Counted from the first letter of the stretch, positions 28,683 to 37,613 are shown. The stretch: DNA of 46,489 nucleotides from Candidatus Vogelbacteria bacterium CG10_big_fil_rev_8_21_14_0_10_51_16 (GCA_002774795.1 PCYI01000001.1:12116-58604), one strand, 5' to 3'. The notes: a model not told the origin generated them from the sequence alone. Made by a program: numbers and translations.

Positions 28683-28824
28683 CTGTGAGTTACGAAATTG
28701 CCCCTCCCCCTGGCCAGGGGGAGGTTGGGAGGGGGTAGGATGCAGAAATACGGCCCAAAATCTACCCCACCCTAGCCCTCCCCTGGCCAAGGGAGGGAAT
28801 AGGTCCGAATTTCGTAATTCAAAG
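28683..28824. mobile_element. Family A MITE (142 bp) with a 6/7 matching flanking 7-mer (TCTCCTA / TGTCCTA)
   Basis: Terminal repeats are CTGTGAGTTACGAAATT and AATTTCGTAATTCAAAG. There are two internal GC palindromes. Confidence 0.8.
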
Positions 28825-28827
28825 TGT

Positions 28828-28857
28828 CCTACTGCCTACTCACTACTCACTACTGCC
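28828..28857. repeat. Heptamer arm (CCTACTG-type), inverted relative to 28543-28561
   Basis: cctactgcctactcactactcactactgcc abuts the rnc stop region. Confidence 0.7.
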
Positions 28858-28862
28858 TGAGC

Positions 28863-29564
28863 CTACCTCCCCCATCCTCTGGCGGTGAGGCCCCGCTCGG
28901 CGGCATCCTGCTCCGCCTCCTGCTTGGAGTGACCGTTGCCTTCGGCCACTTTTTTGTTACCAATAAAAAGACCGACCGTGAACTGTTTTTCGTGGTCAGG
29001 CCCTGTCTCTGAGAGCAACTGGTATGAGGGAGTAATGCCATCAAACTCCTGCGCCTTCTCCTGAAAAAAACTTTTTGAGTCTCGCCAGAGCTGTTTTTTG
29101 ACGATACCTTCGAGCTTGGGAACAAGCTGGGCCAAAATAAACTCTTTTGCGGACTGATATCCTTGGTCGAGGTAAATAGCCCCTATCACAGACTCAAAGG
29201 TGTTCGCAAGGATAGACTGCCTGGCCCGACCGGTATCTTTTGCTTCTCCTCTTGAAAGCAAAAGAAAGTTGTCCATATGAAGCTCGCGAGCGGCCTCGCT
29301 GATGCTTATCGTATTTACAAGGGCGGCTCGGTATGAAGTAAGCTCGCCCTCTTGCTTGTGGGGATACTCGCTATAAAGATACTCGGTAATGACAAGCTCT
29401 AAGACCGCGTCGCCCAGGAACTCCAGGCGCTCGTTGTGGCCAAGGCCAAATGATTGGTTTTCGTTTAAATACGAACGGTGCGTAAAAGCCTGTACAAGGA
29501 GGTCTTTGTTCTTAAACGAAGCATTGATGAGGCGCGCAAACTGCGCAAAGTCTGGAAGTTCCAT
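28863..29564 (-). CDS. rnc: Ribonuclease III
   Basis: Signature ERLEFLGDAVLELV. C-terminal dsRBD (GPDHEKQFTV...GNGHSKQEAEQDAA). Confidence 0.93.
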   Translation of the reverse strand: MELPDFAQFARLINASFKNKDLLVQAFTHRSYLNENQSFGLGHNERLEFLGDAVLELVITEYLYSEYPHKQEGELTSYRAALVNTISISEAARELHMDNFLLLSRGEAKDTGRARQSILANTFESVIGAIYLDQGYQSAKEFILAQLVPKLEGIVKKQLWRDSKSFFQEKAQEFDGITPSYQLLSETGPDHEKQFTVGLFIGNKKVAEGNGHSKQEAEQDAAERGLTARGWGR

Positions 29565-29646
29565 ACTGTGTGAGCAGTGGACAGGTGGCAGATAGCATGA
29601 ATAATGCTCGCTACCAGCTACTAACTGCGAATGTTAGGATTTTAGT

Positions 29647-29732
29647 CCCCTCTCCTGGCCAGGAGAGGGTTAGGGTGAGGTGGGTTGCGGGAAGCCTACC
29701 CCCTCCCAACCTCCCCCTGGCTAGGGGGAGGA
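29647..29732. repeat. Family A palindrome modules (both cores, no terminal repeats)
   Basis: CCCCTCTCCTGGCCAGGAGAGGGTTAGGGTGAGGTGGG ... CTACCCCCTCCCAACCTCCCCCTGGCTAGGGGGAGG. Confidence 0.7.
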
Positions 29733-29751
29733 GCACTCACGGCAAACCAAT

Positions 29752-30693
29752 TTATGACTGCTGATAAATAAACGTAATCGCTTTAGTGATAATAGGCAAA
29801 ACGTCGTCGTAAATCTTGAGCGACTCCACCTCGTCAAGTTCGAACCAGCGAGCGTCGTCGAGGCCGGATGAGTCGACGTGGAGCTCGTTCTTCACCTTGG
29901 CTTTAAGGAGAAAGTACATCACCTGTCGACGTACCTTGCCAACCTTTGGGTCGTTCGCGATGTACTCGTTCGTGCCTAAAGTTATGCCGTCCGACTCCAC
30001 CGCAAGCCCCATTTCCTCCTTTGCCTTGCGTACGGCGGCCCCCTCAGGCTCCTCCCCCTCCTGCACGTGACCTTTAGAAAGAGTCCAATAGCCAAAGATG
30101 TCGTGAACGAAAGCAAGAGAGACACTCTCCCCTTCTCGCGCGTACACCACTCCACCGGCCACTTTTTCAATAAGCATCTCCTTAAGCTCATTCTCGCTGA
30201 AGTCGGACGGCTTATTCTGGCCGGGTTTCTTTTTTTTCTTGGCCACCCTATCCTCCTCTGGCTCTGCCTCCGGTCCGCCCATCTCGCGGTAGACTGTGCC
30301 GAGAACACCATTTACAAAGCGCCCCGACGACTCCCCGCCGAACGTCTTGGCGAGCTCAATCGCTTCATTGATTGCCACCCGAGACGGCACCTCTTTTTTA
30401 CTTGTAAACAAGAGCTCATAAAGACCGATGCGCAAAATGTTGCGATCTACAATGGAAATCTTATCAATAGGCCACTCCGGAGCGGCCTTCATGATAACAT
30501 CATCAAGTACCGACTGTTTTTCAAGGATTGTTTGAGTGAGTGTTTCTACAAAACTGCGGTCGTTCAATCCCGGGGCAAACTCTGCTATGTTGCGGTCTAT
30601 AATCTTACCCATCTCGGTCGCGGGTATGTCATTAAAATCGCGCTCAAAAAGAGACTGCATCACGATACTTCTGGAAAGGTGGCGATTGGCCAT
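29752..30693 (-). CDS. nusB: NusB (N-terminal) fused to a Nudix hydrolase domain (C-terminal)
   Basis: NusB-like: RSIVMQSLFERDF...VAINEAIELAKTFGGESSGRFVNGVLG. A Lys-rich linker follows. Nudix box: GHVQEGEEPEGAAVRKAKEEMGL. Confidence 0.8.
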   Translation of the reverse strand: MANRHLSRSIVMQSLFERDFNDIPATEMGKIIDRNIAEFAPGLNDRSFVETLTQTILEKQSVLDDVIMKAAPEWPIDKISIVDRNILRIGLYELLFTSKKEVPSRVAINEAIELAKTFGGESSGRFVNGVLGTVYREMGGPEAEPEEDRVAKKKKKPGQNKPSDFSENELKEMLIEKVAGGVVYAREGESVSLAFVHDIFGYWTLSKGHVQEGEEPEGAAVRKAKEEMGLAVESDGITLGTNEYIANDPKVGKVRRQVMYFLLKAKVKNELHVDSSGLDDARWFELDEVESLKIYDDVLPIITKAITFIYQQS

Positions 30694-30799
30694 ATATTAT
30701 AAAGAGCAATTATGGTTTACGAAGTGCAACTTAAGAAGAATAGTACGAATACGCTTTCGCGTCTATTCGTCGTAAGCCATAAGTCGTAAGTCGTCCATC

Positions 30800-31033
30800 C
30801 TATTTTCCCCTCTTCTCCTCCTCTAAGCGCTTGCGCTTCGCCTCCTTCTTTTCCACTTTCTTGAGCACGTTTATCAGCTCGCGGCCATTATAAGTACCGC
30901 AAGTAATACAAAGCGTATGGGAACGAATGGGCGTCTTGCATTTCGGACACGCCCCAAGTCCAATAGCCTTGAGCGCGTGATGCGAACGCCTGTTTGCGGT
31001 GTGACCCCGCGTATGTCGCATGTGGACTACCAT
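30800..31033 (-). CDS. rpmF: 50S ribosomal protein L32
   Basis: [18 protein letters not shown] plus zinc ribbon CPKC...CITCG. The start is at 31033 or 31021. Confidence 0.85.
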   Translation of the reverse strand: MVVHMRHTRGHTANRRSHHALKAIGLGACPKCKTPIRSHTLCITCGTYNGRELINVLKKVEKKEAKRKRLEEEKRGK

Positions 31034-31116
31034 AGTGAATACAGGATACCTCAAATGTAAATAATGAGCAAGTACATAGAGCAAGAGTACCTGATTAACA
31101 GACTGACCTACCCTAA

Positions 31117-31148
31117 AGCACAGAACACAGAACACAAAACTCCAAAAA
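31117..31148. repeat. Family B fragment ((CACAGAA)n ... ACTCCAAAA) upstream of rpmF
   Basis: agcacagaacacagaacacaaaactccaaaaa. Confidence 0.55.
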
Positions 31149-31153
31149 TAATC

Positions 31154-31196
31154 GAAAAAAAAGAAAAGGCCCGGGATGCTTGCGCGACCCCAGGCC
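31154..31196 (-). terminator. Strong intrinsic terminator of the high-GC island gene
   Basis: The minus strand reads GGCCTGGGG...CATCCCGGGCC followed by TTTTCTTTTTTTT. Confidence 0.7.
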
Positions 31197-31240
31197 CGAG
31201 AGGCGCCGCCACATGGCGAGCGCCTCGGAACGTATCTGAA

Positions 31241-32557
31241 TCAGGTTGTAACCATGGCCGACCGCAGCCTCTTGTAGAGGCCGTTGCCGGCCGCCCAGCC
31301 CCGCCGCCCCATCTTCCATACTCCGAAGAGCAGGAGGAAGGGAGTCGGGAAAAGGACGGCCGTGCCGAGACCGAGGATGGCCCAGCCAAGCACGCGCACG
31401 AGCATGCGTGGCCGGCCGAGCCAATCGGCAAGGAAGTCGAGCGCCGTGTTCACAACACTCGCCACCGTGCCGAGAGTCTCCCGGGGCCAGTTCCAGATGG
31501 CGATCGCGCCGACGACGAACAAAAACTTCTTGTTCGTTGCCAGCTTGAAGGCCTTCCGGGGTAGCCATGTGGCACCGCGGAGCACGGCGTGTTTCCAGCC
31601 GTGCTTCATGGTACCTCGAGCCACGGCCTTGCGGGCGCCGTAGCCGGCCTTCGCCAGCTTGCCAGCCCCCGCGACGATGCCACCGATCATAGCGGCCTCT
31701 AGGACCGCCCCAGCTACCGTCATCGGCTCAACCGAGTGGCCGAGCTTATACTCCCGCTCCAGCTCCTGGATGGAGCCGAAGAAGAAGTCTTCGGTCGCGG
31801 CTACGAGCTCCGTGGAGCGGATGCGGATGACCCCACCGTTGTCCGGCAGCTCGAACCGCCGGAGGTAATGGTGGCCATCCTCGTCGATGCGAATGAGGGT
31901 GAGGATGGCTCGCTCCCGAGACGTGTAGGGCCTCGTGAGCCACTCGGAGGCGGGAACGGCGGGCGTCGCGTCCGACGAAGCCGCGAGAGCGGCAACGTCG
32001 ACAACGACCGTCGTTACCCGCGAGAAACCACGTCCGCCTGCCGCGAGGAGCCTGCTCGGCCACGAAGCGACCGTGGCCATCGGGTCCGACTCGAGACTGC
32101 TGGCCTCTCGCGAGAACCAGCGTTCAGTCTTTTCCGGCCACTTCTGGACCTTGCCCGCGAGGGTCTGTAGCGCGTGCGCCAGTTGGCGCTTGCACTCTTC
32201 CCACGCGAGAGGATGATCAAGAAAGTGGGCAGGGACCCGCAGCGTGCGGTGGGTATGTCGCTCCGACACCGTCTCGAGCTGCGGCATCTCGCCGAGCTCG
32301 TCGTAGAGGCGTCCGATCTCCGGCCACTTCCTTGCCGCTTCGAGTGCGGCTGGGCCGTGGCAGTCGAGGAGGAGCAGGTCCTCCGCCGACGCCGTTGTCA
32401 CCGTACTGTACGGCACGCCATCGGCCAAGGCCGAAGCGCGCAGGAGCACGGCCGGGGTGGTGATCTGCTCGGCATTCGGGCCGAGCATGAACACCAATGC
32501 CCCGAGAACGAGTCCGAGTTGAAACAACTTCCAGACAATGAAGCGCTCTTTAGTCAT
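31241..32557 (-). CDS. Hypothetical multi-pass membrane protein on a high-GC island
   Basis: N-terminal TM (LFQLGLVLGALVFML) and C-terminal hydrophobic helices. Third codon positions are strongly G/C. GGGAGGTGA lies 5-7 nt before ATG 32557. It has its own terminator. Confidence 0.55.
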   Translation of the reverse strand: MTKERFIVWKLFQLGLVLGALVFMLGPNAEQITTPAVLLRASALADGVPYSTVTTASAEDLLLLDCHGPAALEAARKWPEIGRLYDELGEMPQLETVSERHTHRTLRVPAHFLDHPLAWEECKRQLAHALQTLAGKVQKWPEKTERWFSREASSLESDPMATVASWPSRLLAAGGRGFSRVTTVVVDVAALAASSDATPAVPASEWLTRPYTSRERAILTLIRIDEDGHHYLRRFELPDNGGVIRIRSTELVAATEDFFFGSIQELEREYKLGHSVEPMTVAGAVLEAAMIGGIVAGAGKLAKAGYGARKAVARGTMKHGWKHAVLRGATWLPRKAFKLATNKKFLFVVGAIAIWNWPRETLGTVASVVNTALDFLADWLGRPRMLVRVLGWAILGLGTAVLFPTPFLLLFGVWKMGRRGWAAGNGLYKRLRSAMVTT

Positions 32558-32934
32558 GCGCCTCACCTCCCTTCAGTCCATCAGTTTCAAGCCGACAGAC
32601 TATTTTGGATAGGTAGGATAGTTAAAACCTGATTTCAGTTGTAGGGTCCAGTTGATTAGATACGTTCCGAGGCCTTGCCTCGTCTCTCTTGGCTGGCTGC
32701 CAAAAGAGGTCTAACCTACGCTAATGTCAATGGTATCATATTATATGGTTCTTGTCAAATATGAAAACAGCTCTGCCTTTTCCTTATTTCCGTCCTCGAT
32801 GAGCTGTTTTTATCCACAGTATCAGACCACACACTCACCGAACCATGGCTCGTAAAAGCACAAAACACGGAGCACCTGCCCGCAATGCTACGCATAAGCG
32901 TTGCAGGCGGGCAAAAACCAAAGGCGCCAAGTCC

Positions 32935-32959
32935 TGTTTAGTAGCCTTGCTACTAAACA
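32935..32959 (-). terminator. Family G hairpin TGTTTAGTAGC-ctt-GCTACTAAACA overlapping the rnhB stop
   Basis: Same stem as 5438-5462. Confidence 0.4.
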
Positions 32960-33546
32960 ATGGCACGTAGAAAGGTACGGCGGTGGTGCGGGCACGGTCC
33001 GTGCTTACGCAAGGCCTCATAATGCGCACTGGTGCCATACCCTTTGTGTCGCTCAAAACCATAGTGAGGAAACTTACGCGCGAGACGCACCATGTGGCGG
33101 TCGCGCGTTACCTTGGCGGCGATTGAGGCGAGAGAGATGACTGGATCAAGAGCGTCACCACCAATAATCGTCTGCTGAAAACAATAGACGGCCGGGGCCC
33201 GCAGGAGACCGTCGAGTCGCACCTCGCACTTATCGGGGTCGAGCGCGAGCCCCGCAAGCGCCCGAGCGACCCCCCGCCGCACGGCAGAAGTGATGCCGAT
33301 GCGGTCTATCACCCGCGCCGACACCATGCTCACTCTTGAGCGGACAACCGCTAATTCTGTTATGGTCATGAAGGTGTGCTCCCGTTCGCGCTCCGTCATC
33401 CACTTCGAGTCGGCAACTCGACATTCGCCAAACAGAGACGAAACTGTTCTATCGGTTACAATAGGAATAGCAACCACGCCAACCGCCACTGGCCCGGCAA
33501 TAGGACCGCGCCCCGCCTCATCTACTCCAACTAGCCATTTCTTCAT
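32953..33546 (-). CDS. rnhB: Ribonuclease HII
   Basis: VGVDEAGRGPIAGPVAVGVV and the C-terminal HYGFERHKGYGT motif. Confidence 0.9.
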   Translation of the reverse strand: MKKWLVGVDEAGRGPIAGPVAVGVVAIPIVTDRTVSSLFGECRVADSKWMTEREREHTFMTITELAVVRSRVSMVSARVIDRIGITSAVRRGVARALAGLALDPDKCEVRLDGLLRAPAVYCFQQTIIGGDALDPVISLASIAAKVTRDRHMVRLARKFPHYGFERHKGYGTSAHYEALRKHGPCPHHRRTFLRAIV

Positions 33547-33601
33547 TTTTTAAGTATACTTCATCTGGAAAATCACAGACACAGAAGGAAAAGGAGACGC
33601 C

Positions 33602-33811
33602 GTGGAAAACAAGACCCCAGCCTCAAGTCAGTTGCGCGCGATATACACCCGAAACAGAGCGCTTCTCTATGAGGCGCTCAGGGATCAACGAGCACCAGCC
33701 AGCAACATAGTGGCCTATGGCCACATTGTTCGCGAAATGGAGAAGAGGTACTCGAACCTTCCTCACGAGCAGGAGCCTCCAACCAAGACAGCACGGCCTC
33801 GTCTCCGTTGA
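33602..33811 (+). CDS. Small hypothetical protein (69 aa)
   Basis: GTG start preceded by AAGGAG at the correct spacing. No family recognised. Confidence 0.35.
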   Translation: MENKTPASSQLRAIYTRNRALLYEALRDQRAPASNIVAYGHIVREMEKRYSNLPHEQEPPTKTARPRLR

Positions 33812-33924
33812 ATGAGTGGCTATAACCGCCACCTCTGCCCGGTCCCCGCGACCGGGCTTTCTCTTGCCCGAAAACAGTTATCCCCAGAGACAAAATTGGT
33901 CTGCTATAATGGCGACTACGCAGA

Positions 33925-34068
33925 GCACCAGCCCGAACGACTCGGTCGTTCATGTCGGGCGGACAGAACCCCAAGTACGGTCGCAAAGCACAAAGTCCCA
34001 AAGCACAAGACTCCAAAGAATACAGATGCATTTTTTGAAGTTTTGTGTCATTTGTGCTTTGTGTTTTC
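33925..34068. mobile_element. Family B element (hairpin CCCGAACGACTCGGTCGTTCATGTCGGGC plus inverted CACAAAG-rich arms) in the dnaE 5-prime region
   Basis: The core matches the trmD-internal copy. The arms aaagcacaaagtcccaaagcacaagactccaaag and gaagttttgtgtcatttgtgctttgtgtttt are inverted. Confidence 0.7.
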
Positions 34069-34074
34069 TAAAAT

Positions 34075-37000
34075 ATGTCCTTCGTCCACCTCCACACCCA
34101 CTCCCACTACTCGCTCCTCGACGGCCTCTCCAAAGTGGACAAGCTCGTCCGCCAAGCTAAGGAGTTTGAAATGCCGGCCCTCGCCATCACCGACCACGGC
34201 AACATGTACGGGGCGATCGAGTTTTACATGACAGCCAAAAAAGAGGGGGTGAAGCCAATCCTTGGCCTCGAGGGTTATGTGGCCAATCGCACCCGCTTTG
34301 ACAAAGTGCCCGGGGTAGACAACAAGCGCTACCACATTACGTTGCTTGCCAAAAACTACACCGGCTACCAAAACCTGCTCGCCCTCGTCACCAAGTCCCA
34401 CCTCGAGGGCTTTTACTACAAGCCTCGCGTGGACAAAGACCTCCTGCGCGAGCACGCCGAGGGGCTAATCTGCCTATCCGGCTGTCTCGCTAGCGAGCTT
34501 GGCCGAGCCGTCAAAGCCCAAGACCGCGAGGAGGCCCTGCGCACCATTGATGAGTACCGCAACATCTTTGGCGACGATAACTACTTTCTCGAAGTCATGC
34601 ACCACGATAAAAACGAGGGGGTGATGGCCCAGAGGCGGGAGGTGATAGAGCTCGCCCGCAAGCTCTCGCTCCCGCTCGTGGCCACCCAAGACTCCCACTA
34701 CCTCTGTGCCGACGACCAAAAGGCCCACGACACACTCCTCTCTATCCAGACCGACGCCACCTCGGCCGATGCCAACAAGTTTAACTTCGGCGACGACGAC
34801 TACTCATTTATAGACACCGCGAAGGCATCCGAACACTTTGGGGATGTCCCCGAGGCGATTGCTAACACCCAGCGCATCGCCGATATGTGCGATGTGGAAA
34901 TTGAAATCGGCAAATTCATTTTCCCGGAATACCAGATCGAATCCGGCCGCTCTGCCGACGAAGAGTTGGGTGCTCTTGCCATGGCGGGCATTGAAAAGCG
35001 CGGCCTCACCGGTCGGGCCGACGTTCTCGAGCGCCTCGACTACGAGCTCGACATCATCAAGGGCAAACAGTACGCCGCCTACTTCCTTGTCGTGGAAGAC
35101 CTAATCCGCTACGCCGACGAGCATGGCATATACACGAACATCCGCGGTTCAGTGGCCGGAAGCATCACCACCTACCTCCTCGGTATCACCAAAGTGGACC
35201 CCATTGCGTATAAGATTCCTTTCGAACGCTTTTTAAACCCGGAGCGCCCCTCCGCGCCGGACATAGACATGGACTTCGCTGACAACCGACGCGAAGAGAT
35301 GCTCGACTACGCGAAGATCAAGTACGGCGCGGACAAGGTGGCCCAGATCGGTACCTTTGGTACCATGCTGGCTCGCGGCTCGGTGCGCGATGTCGCTCGC
35401 GCCCTCGGCTACCCTTACGGCGTGGGCGACCGCATCTCAAAGCTCATCCCCCTTGGTTCCCAGGGCTTCCCCATGACCATTGAGCGCGCCCTCGAGATGG
35501 AGCCGGAGTTGAAAAAAATTTACGACACAGAAAAGGACGCCAAGGAGATTCTCGACCTGGCCCGCAAGCTCGAAGGGTGTGTACGCCACGTCTCCGTGCA
35601 TGCCGCCGGGGTGGTCATCTCGCCTAAGCCGCTCGTCGAGTACACTCCCCTGCAGTACGACCCCAAGGGTGGCAAGATTATCACCCAGTACGACATGTAC
35701 ACCGTGGGCGAAGAGGGCATCGGTCTCACCAAGTTTGACTTTCTCGGCATTCGCAACCTCACTATCCTCGCCACAGCGGTGGCCCTCGTGCAAGAGCATC
35801 GCGACATCGCCCTTGATATCGAGGCCATCCCCATTGATGATGCCAAGACCTTTGCTATGCTCGCGCGAGGCGAGACCATGGGGCTCTTCCAACTAAATGG
35901 AGACGGTATGACTAAGTGGTTGACGGAGCTCAAGCCCTCAACCATTCATGACATTAACGCCATGGTGGCTCTTTACCGCCCGGGGCCGATGCAGTTTATC
36001 CCCGACTACATCAAACGCAAGCATCACCCTGAGCTCATCACTTATATGGATCCGGCTCTTGAGCCAATTTTGAGAGCGAGCTACGGCATCCTTGTTTACC
36101 AAGACGACCTGCTTATCATGGCCCACGACCTGGCCGGCTACTCATGGGGCGAGGTAGACAAGTTTAGAAAAGCGGTAGGCAAGAAAATCCCGGCCCTCAT
36201 GGCGGCCGAAAGAGAGAAGTTCATCAAAGGATGTGTTGCTCATTCGAAATGGCCACAACAAAAAGCAGAGGAGGTGTGGAACTGGCTGGAGCCCTTCGCC
36301 GCTTACGGCTTCAATAAAGCGCACTCGGCCTCTTATGGCCTCGTGGCCTATCAAACGAGCTACCTGAAAGCGAACTATCCGGCCGAATATATGACAGCTG
36401 TACTCACGGCGGAATCGGGCGACGTAGAGGAGGTGGCCCGCGTCATCGAAGAGTGCAAGAGAATGAAAATCCCCGTCCTCGCCCCCGATATCAACAAAAG
36501 CTTCGGCGACTTCACCGTCCTCAAGGCTAGTATAAAAACTGATAAGCGCGAAGCGCGGGATGAAATCAGCACGCGCGAAGCGCGGAAAGGAGGCTCGGAA
36601 ACGAATGCGGTTCTAAGCACAAGTATAGAAAAAACTGATACGCACGAAGTGCGAGATGAAATACGCTTCGGCCTCTACACCATCAAAAACCTCGGCAAGG
36701 AGATCGCCGACGCCATCATCGCTGAACGCACCGCAAACGGGCGCTTTGTCTCGTATGCGGACTTCCTAGACCGCGTGCATCATAAAAACTTAAACAAAAA
36801 ATCCCTTGAATCGCTTATTAAAGCGGGAGCGCTGGACGAGCTTGGCGAACGCGGAGAACTGCTTTTCAATCTGGACGATGCCCTTGATTACCATCGTGAG
36901 GGCATGAAGGAGACCAACCAGTCTTCGCTCTTCGGGCTCATGGAAGACACAAAGAGCGTCCCCACCCTTTCCCTGAAGCCTTGTGAGCCGGCCAAGATGA

Positions 37001-37413
37001 TGGAGCGCCTCGCCTGGGAAAAAGAGCTTCTGGGTCTCTATGTTTCCGGTCACCCTCTCGAGCGCTTTCGCCATAAGTTTACCCGAGCGGAAAAAGATGT
37101 CTCCGCCGTCAAAACCGGGACGGAAGGTTCGGTTGTAGTTGTAGGAGGCATGATAGAAAGCGTAAAAGCAATCATCACCAAAAAGAATGACCACATGGCC
37201 TTTCTGAAGTTGGCCGACTTCAGTGACTCCATTGAGGTGGTGGTCTTCCCCAAAACGCTCTCCGACTACAAGGAGCTAGTGGTAGCCGAACAGTGTGTGG
37301 CCCTGCGCGGCCGACTCTCTTTCCGCAACGGTGAGCCGAGTATCGTGGCCGAGGCGTTCAAATCTCTCGAGGCTGATGTTCGCGGAGAGGAAAAGCGCAC
37401 TGACGCGGACTAG
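34075..37413 (+). CDS. dnaE: DNA polymerase III alpha subunit with an in-frame repeat insertion
   Basis: PHP domain MSFVHLHTHSHYSLLDG, plus GLTKFDFLGIRNLT and AAYGFNKAHSASY. 1112 aa. Confidence 0.95.
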   Translation: MSFVHLHTHSHYSLLDGLSKVDKLVRQAKEFEMPALAITDHGNMYGAIEFYMTAKKEGVKPILGLEGYVANRTRFDKVPGVDNKRYHITLLAKNYTGYQNLLALVTKSHLEGFYYKPRVDKDLLREHAEGLICLSGCLASELGRAVKAQDREEALRTIDEYRNIFGDDNYFLEVMHHDKNEGVMAQRREVIELARKLSLPLVATQDSHYLCADDQKAHDTLLSIQTDATSADANKFNFGDDDYSFIDTAKASEHFGDVPEAIANTQRIADMCDVEIEIGKFIFPEYQIESGRSADEELGALAMAGIEKRGLTGRADVLERLDYELDIIKGKQYAAYFLVVEDLIRYADEHGIYTNIRGSVAGSITTYLLGITKVDPIAYKIPFERFLNPERPSAPDIDMDFADNRREEMLDYAKIKYGADKVAQIGTFGTMLARGSVRDVARALGYPYGVGDRISKLIPLGSQGFPMTIERALEMEPELKKIYDTEKDAKEILDLARKLEGCVRHVSVHAAGVVISPKPLVEYTPLQYDPKGGKIITQYDMYTVGEEGIGLTKFDFLGIRNLTILATAVALVQEHRDIALDIEAIPIDDAKTFAMLARGETMGLFQLNGDGMTKWLTELKPSTIHDINAMVALYRPGPMQFIPDYIKRKHHPELITYMDPALEPILRASYGILVYQDDLLIMAHDLAGYSWGEVDKFRKAVGKKIPALMAAEREKFIKGCVAHSKWPQQKAEEVWNWLEPFAAYGFNKAHSASYGLVAYQTSYLKANYPAEYMTAVLTAESGDVEEVARVIEECKRMKIPVLAPDINKSFGDFTVLKASIKTDKREARDEISTREARKGGSETNAVLSTSIEKTDTHEVRDEIRFGLYTIKNLGKEIADAIIAERTANGRFVSYADFLDRVHHKNLNKKSLESLIKAGALDELGERGELLFNLDDALDYHREGMKETNQSSLFGLMEDTKSVPTLSLKPCEPAKMMERLAWEKELLGLYVSGHPLERFRHKFTRAEKDVSAVKTGTEGSVVVVGGMIESVKAIITKKNDHMAFLKLADFSDSIEVVVFPKTLSDYKELVVAEQCVALRGRLSFRNGEPSIVAEAFKSLEADVRGEEKRTDAD
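36529..36665 (+). repeat. About 1.5 copies of a 93-bp (31-codon) tandem repeat inside dnaE, containing GCGCGAAGCGCG mini-hairpins
   Basis: agtataaaaactgataagcgcgaagcgcgggatgaaat at 36529 versus agtatagaaaaaactgatacgcacgaagtgcgagatgaaat at 36622. Confidence 0.75.
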
Positions 37414-37415
37414 TT

Positions 37416-37482
37416 CAGAAAATGTACCAGTGCTTTAAATAAAAGTACCTGGTACATTTTCTGAGCACTTGACGGGCTTTTT
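37416..37482 (+). terminator. dnaE terminator: family E 15-bp perfect stem plus downstream T-run
   Basis: CAGAAAATGTACCAG...CTGGTACATTTTCTG, then GGGCTTTTTT. Confidence 0.7.
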
Positions 37483-37613
37483 TAAGGAGCTATACTCACC
37501 ATATGGACCTGTTCAAAAAAACAACCGCGACAACAACGACCACCGCGACTACTTAGCGGGAGTTCTTGTTGTGCGCCACAGGAGCTCCCGCGAGGGGCTT
37601 TTCTTTTGCAACG

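Noticed and set aside
31284-32632. Multiple ORFs (31284-31643+, 31736-32170+, 32174-32632+, 31113-31568- and others) overlapping the island 2 gene
   Set aside because: The reasoning is the same as for island 1. They are frame-shifted or antisense shadows of the 31241-32557 gene.
33902-33910. Extended -10 promoter TGCTATAAT about 165 nt upstream of dnaE
   Set aside because: The motif is plausible, but there is no -35 box and no supporting data. It is not reported as a feature.
37520-37560. T-box riboswitch upstream of thrS
   Set aside because: ACGACCACCGCGAC only loosely resembles the T-box consensus (GGGTGGTACCGCG). I could not find a specifier loop, AG bulge or GNUGGA elements.
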